Shown: piece after piece, positions 10,994 through 21,800 of the stretch
Numbering within the stretch: the first letter of the stretch is position 1
How the letters are laid out: every line of letters begins with the position of its first letter
DNA from: Perkinsus chesapeaki ATCC PRA-425
Taxonomy: Eukaryota > Protista > Perkinsozoa
Assembly (NCBI GenBank): GCA_013115145.1
Contig: JAAPAO010000003.1
Span: 62,001 to 126,000, forward strand
Length of the DNA stretch: 64,000 bases
Direction of reading: 5' to 3'
Notes under the pieces: generated by a model
What the model saw: the letters and a program-made list of their open reading frames with translations, nothing else
What the model was told of the DNA's origin: nothing
Databases searched by the model: none
Program-made: the position numbers and the translations under genes

Positions 10994-12012
10994 CATTGCG
11001 CGTCAAATTCTTATCAACTACTTTGGAAACCTATCTAACATGGGGATATCACACTAACTAACATGTATAAGACCTTCGCGAATCTCTCAATAATGAGTCT
11101 TCGCACCATCGTTCAAGAGCACTACAGTCAATCGCTCTTCCATAGACCCTGTACAATTCTTGATGATATCTGCAGGCATAGCAGTCCACGCCGCCCACAG
11201 CCTTTGCCTGAGTTGATCTTTGCAGCGAATAACCGGCTTGTCAGACCCATAGATCTGCTTCACCAGGTAGGCCCATATATTCTCAATAGGATTAAGGTCA
11301 GGGCTCAGAGATGGCCACTCAACAGTAGCCACCCCCTTGCCCTGAAACCAGCTTGCTGTACTACGGCTCGCATGGCAGGGAGCATTGTCCTGTTGAAATA
11401 TCAAGTCGTCGGTCTCATTCCTCTGTAAATACGGCAGCAGCTCACTCTCCAAAACATCCTGGTAGACAGTGCTATTCATTCTCACATTAACCTCAGCAAG
11501 AGAGACAGTGTGGTCGGAGCGTATGGCACCCCACACCATAATACTGCCGCCTTGGGAGGATCGCCCACTACGGAGCTGTTCCAGCTCACCAGGAAGTCGC
11601 CAGGCATAGAACACACCGTCGGCGCCATCGAGACAGAAGCGCTTCTCGTCGCTGAATATCCACTTGTCAAATTTGGTATTATGCTCAAGGCGGTGTTTCG
11701 CGAAGCCAATCCTGGAGGTCTTGTGCGCTTCAGTAAGTGGTGGAGTCGCCTTCAGAGCTGCGAATGATGCACCTTCGGCTTTGAGAAACCTTCTCACAGT
11801 TGCAGTTGAGACACCGAGCTGTAAATTAGCGACCATCTCTAATGTTACCCTGTACATAATGAATAACTCGCCGCTTAGCACGGTTGTCAAGCTTTGGACG
11901 TGGCCCTGGCTTCTTTTTCGGGGTCTCTTGTCTTTTAGATCCTACTATTTTGCATACTGCGGACTTGGTGATAGAATATGCTTGTGCTATAGCCTTCTGC
12001 GTGAAGCTTCGA
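10994..12012 (-). mobile_element. Truncated Tc1/mariner (DD34E, Tc1/Tc3-like) DNA transposon
   Basis: WIFSDE, FQQDNAPCH and WPSLSPDLNPIENIW with D-34-E spacing. The N-terminal HTH part is in another frame (11826-12032), i.e. frameshift/deletion near 11840. One end TA|CATTGCGCGTCAAATTCTTATCAACTACTTTGG resembles a Tc1 TIR; the other end is lost at a palindrome. Confidence 0.9.
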
Positions 12013-12021
12013 GTCGAAGCT

Positions 12022-12876
12022 TCACGCTTCACGCTTCCTAATAGGAACTCCTAGAACATAAGACGTAGTATTAGCATCCCACGAGCCAAGGACGTTTAGA
12101 AACCCCTCGACCAACGACCAGCGTAACAACGCACCCAAGGTCATAATGGTGACGTCACTTGATAGACCGTAGTCATTTAGAACCACCGGAGTAAGGACGT
12201 TACCAACCTCCTCAGGGAAATACGTAATTCCACTCAAAACGAATCGTCGTAGACAAGGATCTAGTAGGTGCCAAGTCCGACCGTCTACGAGTAGGGGAGT
12301 CGTTAGCTTGAGGTGGCATACAGCTACTTCGAAATCATTCAAAATAGTCGTATCTATACGAGGAACCACATTCCACGTTAGAAGTCCGACAGTAGAAATA
12401 GATGGAGTCTCTACTCTAGTCGAATCCGACCTCACAACGTTAGACGTAGCTGAGAACGTAGACAAGGCAATAGTATAGTCGACAACCGGTAGGGTGACCT
12501 CACATGTAGTAGTCAACGTAGCCAAATCTGCCGTGGGGGACCATAGTTTTAAACGATAGTTGCTGATGTCTGTGCTCTCAGTACGTTGAAGTGGGTTGAA
12601 GTCGTCCTTAAGAGTAGTAGCTCCCAGTTGTAGAAGACGACGTTTGATTGCCTCATAGTGGTTGGAGCTTCTCTCACGTAGTTCTTCAAGTTGGCGAAGA
12701 CGTTGGGTGATGTTAACTGTGAGAGTGTCGTCGGTCGAGACTTCTACGTCATCAAGGAAGGCTTTGAAGTCGTCTTGAGAACTCATAAATGGTGGAATGG
12801 GAGACAGACAGCAAAATAGTGCTACAAGAGACAAAACGAGACATAATCCTAGTATATAAGGTACTATTCTAACCAA
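12022..12876 (-). CDS. Retroelement accessory ORF2 of unknown function (254-284 aa), probably 3'-truncated
   Basis: Long open frame in the same orientation 170 bp downstream of pol; its stop falls in the junction palindrome. Confidence 0.6.
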   Translation of the reverse strand: MVRIVPYILGLCLVLSLVALFCCLSPIPPFMSSQDDFKAFLDDVEVSTDDTLTVNITQRLRQLEELRERSSNHYEAIKRRLLQLGATTLKDDFNPLQRTESTDISNYRLKLWSPTADLATLTTTCEVTLPVVDYTIALSTFSATSNVVRSDSTRVETPSISTVGLLTWNVVPRIDTTILNDFEVAVCHLKLTTPLLVDGRTWHLLDPCLRRFVLSGITYFPEEVGNVLTPVVLNDYGLSSDVTIMTLGALLRWSLVEGFLNVLGSWDANTTSYVLGVPIRKREA

Positions 12877-15800
12877 TGACTACATGCCGAGGAACTACGT
12901 TCCATACGGCTAAGGCGTCGTTAGAGAAATACAAGAGTGAACAAGTGCGCAAGAACATAGCGCAGCTAAAATATTCAAAATAGATTAGACCAAGTAAAGC
13001 CGTGTAGTAGAAGCTCGAAGCTCCGAGCTTTTGCCAGCTTATTGAAGTTATTGGGACAGTAGTTGCTCCACTTTAGTTAGTAGGTCTGTAAGCTCCTTGC
13101 CCCGTCCCCTTGTGAGGGAGTTAGCCGTAGGTCGCACGTAGATGAGATCGTCAACGGAACTTGATATCAACCCACAGCCGTGGTAGTCGCTAGTCTTAAC
13201 CAGAACTCCTTCTTGACACACCGTCATTGGTTGTAGTTTAGCCTTCTCCATGTCGTTGTCTTCCTTTACGTAATCTAAAATACGAGCTAAACCATGATAG
13301 ACATCATTAACAGTAATAACTAGGGTACCGACTGGAGGGGGAGAGGTTACAAATTTACCAAAGACGTGTCTCTTGCTACTACCAAGGACTTGGCGTAGCT
13401 TATCCACGTTATAGTGTGACAGCTCATGGTTGACGGCGAGCACATCTTCTTCTTCCGAACGTTGATCCATAGCGTCATCAGGTACATCTAAGCCATCAAC
13501 ATCTTCGACTGGTAACTCGTCGTCCTCGTTGTCCAGAGTGTGAGCAACATCGTCGTTAGCAAAAGTAGATGATAAGTCTCTTCCTTGTACTTCATCATGC
13601 GTGTCGTTGACAACACCGTTTCCATCGCTTCCAGAGTTATTACCACTGAAGATGTCCGCATCTTTGGCGTCAGTGTGTGTGTTCTCAATCGACCTCGGCT
13701 TCTTCCGTCGTAGTAGTCGGAATTCTTGCTCGCTCTCAACGTCGTCGTCTCTCGTATCAGTAGGAGGCCAGTTAGTCTTGTTGTAGGCGGTTAGCGCTTT
13801 GGCCTCACGTAGTAGCTTTCCATCATTGTCAATGTCCACGTCCATGGACCGGACCGAACCATCAACATCAGAATAGACACGTGTGCCCTTTTCTAAATAG
13901 TTGTATATGATGTTCTGTAGTGCTGGAGTGTGGTGAACGTTGCGTAGAGCGAACGTTTCAGCTTGGCCGTAGCACAGAGGTACCTCGAGCTCGTTCAGGT
14001 CGTCTTTCTTCTTAACTCCTCCAACACCTGGTAACACTATAGAGGGCACCGCATCTACAATACCAGAGCCACGTATCTTAACGATAGTAGAGGGTCCTTT
14101 CCACGTAGAGTCCAAATGTTTGCCAACCTTAACGTCACCGGTCTTAGTTGTAAACACAATGTCGTATAACTTAGGCTCATAGGTAGACTCACGTTGAAGG
14201 GCATACCTCTCTAGAAGTCGTTCTTGTTTCAGCCTCCAATAGTCCATATAATCGTTGAGGGTAACCTTAACTTCCTTGCGGAGAGCCTCGACGTTGGGGA
14301 TGGTCTCACGTAAAGCTTCAACTGCATCAGTGTCGGTAAACTTGAGCTTTAGGGAGTCCCAGTCTATGAAGTCGTTCATACCTTCTTGATCGCCTGGTAG
14401 GCGGCCCTTGTAGACGTAGTGTAGCTCTGAAGGACTGACGTTAGCCCATCCTCTAGGGGTGGTATTGTAAGCCCTCACAGAGAGAAGGAAGTCGTTAATG
14501 TAGCTGTCGTTGAGATTGGATCTTTCAGTAGAGTGCCTGGATTCTCTAATCGCCTTCACGACATCCACCATATCCTTGTGGGAACGCTCCCAAAAGCTAA
14601 GATGTTGACCGTAGCCAGGGAGGGTATAGTGTTTAGTACCGTGGCGCCTAAGGACCTTCTTGACGTGCTTGGTGATAAGAGTAACCTTGTCGTTATCGCT
14701 CACTACCACAGACGGCGAACCGTGCTCACAGAATACCCCATGAACTGCATCAGCAACTGTCTTGGTCTTAATGTTTCTTAGTGGTCGAGCAGCAGTAAAG
14801 CCACTAACATAGTCTTGTACCAACAACACATAGTAATCTTTGTTAGGATCTAGTCGATCACCTGAGTCGTTAGATGTTCGACTGGGGCGGTCGTAAGGAC
14901 CTGCCACGTCTATACCAACTATCTGCCAGAGCCCAGTAGTCAATAAATCTTGGACCTTGTTGACAATGTAGTCGTATTTCCGTGTAGCCCTCGCTTTTGT
15001 ACAAGATGTACATGAACGTAGTGTCGACCTCACAACTCGGGTTATCCTCTTAGCATAGAACCGTCGTTGAATTAAGTTGGCTACACGTCTTGCTCCTAAG
15101 TGGATGTACTTGTAATGGTATACGACAGCCAAGAGTCGTTGCACAGCACGTGAGTAGTTACCAGTGCCAAGATAGATGACGCCGTTCTTATCCTCATCGA
15201 CCTTACGGAACTTTTCAGCACTGGGTTGTCGTCGTAGTATATCGTCCGCATCTAAGTAGCATATCTGACTCCACCGTCGTAGTTTGTTTGCCTTAACGCC
15301 AAAGTGGCTGTAAGGAGTCTTCTTCTTCAACGCCTTCTTGAGGTCGTTCAGATCTTCGTCAGTTTCTTGTGACCGTCGGATGCACTGGAGTAGACAGCGT
15401 TCATATGATCCATCTTGGAGAAGACGTTCATCTACCTCTTCAGGAGGCCGAGCGTATTGCGCCAAGGCAAATAGCTCAGACTTTTCTTCTGAGGTAAAGG
15501 AATTGTAGTTGGGGAGATCGATGCCGTCTACGTTGATAGTCATGATACTAGCACTGAGCGTCGGTACCGCATCATCTTGGTGACAGCCCTTGATGTCGTT
15601 CGTGGCGTTAGCCACGGGAGAAGTAGTTACAGAAGAGAAGTCCTTAGTAAACCCAGCCACGGAGTCGGGGGTCTCGTAGATCATTGATGGGGTACCAACT
15701 TCATCCTCACTGCCGGCCGTCGGTGTAGAGCAATCGTCCACGTCCTGAGTGTAGTCGTAGGCAACATTACTCACAGTCATAGCTTTGACTACGAGTGTGC

Positions 15801-18800
15801 CATCAATGCCGTTGTCGCTGCTTACCTTCGCCCTCGATATAGAATCAGCATAATTCAGTTCAGTGGGTACATGTTTGACCGTAACATCAAGTTGGCGACA
15901 CATCTCTCGTATCTCCTTAAGACGTCGTCTTTCAACGATAGGAAGTTTAGCATCCCTTCCAGGTCGGCGTAGTCGATATACGGTGATCTCGCTGTCACTT
16001 AGTACAACGCCTCGTCGCTCGGGTAACTGTGGAGAAAGGCGGTCTAGAGGTGCTTGATGTGGTCGTAAACATGTTCTAATGGGCAGGTAGGCAGACATTG
16101 ACTTCAGCCACGTCAGTGCATGATGTAGTGCAACAAGTTCTTTACGTGGAATACTCCATTTTGACTGTGTCAAAGGAAATATTCCTCCGCGAGCAGTAAC
16201 CCTTGTAGTGGTCGTAGTCGAAAAGCATCTGACGTCCACGCCCCAAGCCTCCGCGGAGGCGTCAGCACTGATCACCAAGGGCAGGTTCTCTAAGTCAATG
16301 AACCGGTGGTAGCCAACAGTGGTAGTTGTAGCAGTGCACAACGTAGTCCAGTCCTTTACGCGACGATAGAGGTCCTCCTTTATAACGTCATCCCAGGACT
16401 TATGGTTAGCACAAATGTCTCTCCAAATGAGGCGTCCTTGAAGGTCGAGTTCCACGTACAATCCAAGTGGATCATATAGTGATGCCAGTGCAGCGCAAGC
16501 TTGAAGTTTAGTGGAGTTATCATCAGGCACGTACCCGGAGTAGACGGCGTAGAACTTATCTTCATCTAGACGCAAAACGTATCCAAGGGTAGATTTCTTC
16601 TTGCACTCGTCGTTCTCGGTCAGGAGCCAGCTACAAAAGCTTTTGACGGGATCGGAATGAAACCCGTGCCCATTGAAGACGTAGGTACCAAAGTTGTAGG
16701 CCGCCGCAGCTTCTTGCTTAGTCTTACCACCGAAGTAAAGATCATCAACGTACTTGAGTAGTAGGACTTTAAGAGGTATAACCGGCCCGTTGTTGATATA
16801 GTCGAAGCCAGCCGCAGAGGGTCTGATTAGGACCTTCTCGAGCTGCTCTTCGCATAGTTGCTGATCAGTAGACGCCATAGTCTCAGTTGTCATAGCTGGT
16901 AGTCTTCTTGTCTTCTCGAGTGTTACCAAGTCGTCGATCTCGTTCGCAACGTCGTGGGTACATGCTTCTAACATGCACGGAGCATTATTGCTCCCAAACG
17001 CTATACTAGACCACAGTACGGTGTAGTTACCAATGCACGTGTAACAGGAATAAGCGACGTCGTAAAGCGATCCTTTCATTTGGCAGAATGCCTTCGAGAC
17101 ATCAGCGGACATGAAGTACTTAAGACCACGTAGGAGTAGTAGGACGCCCTGCAGGTCGTTTTGGGTCTTCCCTCCGCGTCGTGTGAACTTGTTGAGAGCT
17201 CTGAAGTCTAGCACGATCCTGCATGGCGTTGTGGGATGTTGGTCACGGAAGACAGTGTGGCTTGGAGTATAGTGCTTGGGCTTCACCACAGGCGTACCGT
17301 CGTAAGCCGTACCAGTTGTCAGCTCATCCCAGGCCTTCTGACACTCATCAAACGTTGGTGGGCCGTTGTCGTTATTCTTAACGATCTTACAGAACCCTCT
17401 TTTCACGTAAGCATTGAGTGCTTCCTCAAATGATTGTCGTTGTTGGGCTGAAAGTCGTCGTATAGAGGCTGCACCACGACTCGCCGCATTTTTGAAATTG
17501 AATGGCGGCCTCGAGTCGTCCCCCCATGGGATTCTAACGTATGCCCTGCCGAGTGGCGTTGTCTCATCATGACACCACGTTCTCGATAGCGCATCCCAGG
17601 GAGGAAGATTATCGTCGTTGTTGTCGAGAGTCTCGTCTTCTTTATCGTTGTTACAGGTCACATCAATAGTTGTAGGAAATTCTTTGTGGTGGGGGTCATT
17701 AACCATAGGAGAAGTAGATGTGGCCATGTAGTAGACGTATAGGTCGTTCAAAGGCTCGTTCTCCAAGTGGTTACACTTGCCTTCACCGCCATTAAAGTCG
17801 TTGGGAGTAGACTCTTCAATATTAGGATGTAGTATGATATCAGGTAGGACTGCTTGGAGTAGTTGATCGTCACTTAAACGTTCGGGCGCTGATTGTGGTT
17901 GGCCTCGTAGAAATATGTTCTTGATGTGGTTGATCTTGTACGTGAAGTGGATATCTTGTTGTCGTAGATCGTCGTTCGAGTCATCGGTGTCCTTCAATGG
18001 CATTACCATACAGTTGTCATCAAACCGTACGGCTTTGCTAGATGGTAGGTGACTGTCATTAGTGTAGACGTGCATGCCATGTGGGCCAATCCGAATAGTA
18101 GTTCGGAGCTTAGCCAGTGTAGGGCACCCCAGGAGGACCGGAACATTGAGGTCATCAGATGTTACAATGAAGTGGTCGTCTACAACAATGCTTCGAGTAG
18201 AGATCCTCAACTTCACAGTGCCGTCCACTTGTAAGGCCGTGCCATCTGCAACCATGATGTTGTGTACAATGTAGTCGTCAACAGCAGCGTGTGGTGATAG
18301 GTAGCGTAATGCAGATCTCGTTATTAGAGACACTTCAGCACCCGTGTCGAACAGAGCAGGTATTTCTTGTCCCTCTATAGTTATAGTTCCAACCAGCATC
18401 GACGTAGTAGGTGATGTCTTACCGTTAGACGATGTGGGAGATGTTGTTGCTTTAAGTAAGACACGTTTATCAAGGCGTTCACCGCTACACGTACTAGAGA
18501 TCATGTGCACCTTAGAACTCGGCCTTGGGGTAGACGGACGTTTAGCCGTTGAACCGTTAGCCTTGCTTAGCCGAGTCGTACAAGCGTATGCCAGATGCCC
18601 TGGATTTTGACACCTGTGGCAAAACAACTTGTCAGTATTGACCTTGCAGTCGTCGGTAACATGATTGGGGTTCCCACAGGAACGACACCGTTTGTCTAGT
18701 TTAGTAGGCTCATCAGCTAGACAATCCTTAGCAGCATGTCCACGTTGAAGGCATCTGTAACATTTGAAGCCAGTAAGGTCACGTCCCATACAGACGTAGT

Positions 18801-21800
18801 GCTTGTCGTTACCACTCCCGTCTGTTGAGTAGCCATTGCCGTTGCCAATAGAGTTCACCGAATCGGACCGTTTCATAGGAGAGTCACGTCGCCAAGGTCT
18901 TGTCCCTGGGGAGAAGCCCTCACGGCGTCGACTCTGTCGCTGCTCAGAGTAATCTTTTGTGGAGTTGTCGTTGCCGGTGGCCATATAGCTCTTCTGAGCA
19001 GTCATACGTCGTTGTTGTCGGAGTACGGCTTCTTTGAATTCAGCATAGTCAACCTTCTTGTCGTCCAAGTAGTCGTTCACCCTAACACGTAGTTCTTGTG
19101 CAGCAAGTCCTTGATATAACTTCCACTTGAGCTTGTATTCTAGGACCGGCGAGCCCATATGATAGAGTTCCGTGCTGAGATCTTCTAACCGTTCAATGAA
19201 GTCGTAGACAGTACCACCGCCTTGTATACAGTTGTTGAACTTGTGCTCGGTGTAGTGTAGGTGCTCGTCTGTATCGAACGCAGATTGGAATCTTTTAGTA
19301 ATGCGTCGTACTTGACGTTCATAGGATCGGTAGCACCTTGACGGAGCAGTAGTACCACTCGTCATCTCGTTCCAAACACGTCCATTAGTATACCTTTTCA
19401 ACCAGAGGTAGCGGACAACGTCCGGATGGCCTTCAGTCTCATGGCGCATCTCTGTTACCCAAGTCGTGCCCGATCTAGCATCCTTGGCACCGGTGAAATT
19501 CTTCTCCGGTTTCATTGAGCGAATGACGTTCTGCATAGTGTCGAAGTCCTTAACGCTTATAGGGTCTTGGCAACGTCGTCGACCACATCCTTCGCACCAG
19601 TTAACAGTTAAAGTCTCCCTCTGAGGCGGAGTGAAATACGTACCAGACGTGAGACCATAACTGCGGGAACCACGACGTGAAAGGCGTCGGTTGCGATGGT
19701 GAGAATACCTTGAGGAGCTCCTCGAGCTTGAGGTAGAGCGTTGGACTGGGCGGTGACGTCGTCGATTTTGTATCCTCACTGAGCAATCATCCGAATCTAT
19801 GGCAGGACGTTGTTGGTGTCCACTTCCACGAGCTCGTCCAGAACGGTCAGACCTTGAAGTCATTGAGCTAGTATCAGAACCGCGACGTCTATCATCACCT
19901 TTTGGCTTTGTCTTCCGCGAAACGTTATCAGCAACAATTCGCGGAGGTAAACCAGCACCCACGGGGGGAACATAGTAGGCGGAACGATCCACACGTACAT
20001 TAGGTAGGTAAACCGTCTCAGTGTGTGGGACGGTACCCTCGTTCCATGGTGGTATAGTAGTCTGCGAACGCGGGGGCAAATTAGGCGGGCCACCTCTGGG
20101 ACGTTGAACCTGGAATTGGTCCTTCCTAGCAGGTGGTCCTCCGGCAACAGATATATCATTGGTATTTCCTTGGATATTCCACCATTCCTCATTGTAGTCA
20201 TTGTCGTCGATACCACCGTTAACGGGAATATTGACGTTGTTAGTGGGGTTGTTAGAATTACCAAGGAAGACAGACATAACAAGAAAGTTAGAGTCGTAGA
20301 AGTAGTCAAATAGTTGGCGTAGTTGGTGAAGTACTCTACGCTAGTAGCTTTGCGTCACAATTGGTGACACAAATGATTAAATTTAAGGCTAGCAAATAGA
20401 AGAATCCTCGTAGTGAATGTTTCCCACAAACTGCCCGTCAGTAGGGGTCATAGAGTCTCGTCTCATCAGCCAGCATGTTTGCGAAGTACGCAATGTGAGT
20501 GTCGACCTTGACCATTTGTGACGCAGTAGTTTTATGAGAAGGGACAGTCTTTAGTACATTGTCACATACAGCGGCTACCGTATTGACGTACCACCCCGAC
20601 TGTTAGGGGATCGAGACAACGCACAAAGGTAGGAGAGTGACGCACGTGAAGCTTGTCGCTTACACGCCCATACTTCCCCATAGCTTCTTCAACAAGAAGC
20701 TATCCGCCAGAAACAAGGACATTAGGTACCTCTGTCGTTGTCCTCGAAAACAAATCGTCAGCCAGCAACCACCACATTACTGTGATGGTAGCCTCTTGCT
20801 CGATAGGTGTGACGCGAAACAAGTCGTCATAGTAGCCATCCATGACCTGTCGATCATCCACGTCACCGATGTACAACATACGGTTTTCCGTCTGTGAGGT
20901 GTCGGCAATTTAGCTCATTGACGCACCCCGGAGTACACCGCTTGGAGGATACCCTCGCACAGCGTCGCGGCAACTGCCGGACTAGCAGACCGTGAGTATC
21001 CTTAGTACGTGTGCAACTGCCTGACTTACACACGTAAGAGGGAGATAGGGGTGACCGTAGTGCTACTCGAAGATGTAGTCGTTGTGATATCGGTCACCTC
21101 TGAGCCATAACACGAAGTCGGTAGTACCAACTCGGTACCAAGTCGTTCTGGAAAGGGACCGACCATTATGTTATGGTAACTGGGACGTTGGAGCTGTCGT
21201 TCATCAACATGAAGTCTACGTAATAATCATTAATTACGGTCGAGTGGCAACTGCCTGACTACCACCCGAACGCTCCGTCGTCGTACTTCATTAGAGAATG
21301 GATCCTGCCGTAAGAACCCACGTGACATCATTATCACGACCAATAACAACTGCCTAACAGTTGCAATAGTTATCTCTCTAATGCTTCTACGTGAATGACC
21401 TTCTCATTGAACTCGCTTCGACTTCCTCGGGCTGGTGCACTCGCCCGGAAGTAGTTGTACCAGAAAGAGAAAGTCTACGTAGCTGGTCTCGTGTAGGTTA
21501 TCTTCTTACCAAACAAGGACTTCAGAAGATACTTTCCATCGGAGTAGTTGTAGATAGTAAGGTATACCACACTCATATGATGCTACGTAGTGATGACGTA
21601 AACCAGTGAATTATGTCTACTGGAAAGGCCGTCGTATACGTCAGCCTCTTTGCCAAGACTAGGACTCAGTACGTCACAGCAATAGCATCATAGTGTCGTA
21701 CCACTTATCAGAGACAAACCAAGGGGTTCGGTGTAGATGTGGGAGGAGTCGTCTAAGATTCATACCAGAGTCAATGGCATGCGGCCATAGGGTGAGGGGG

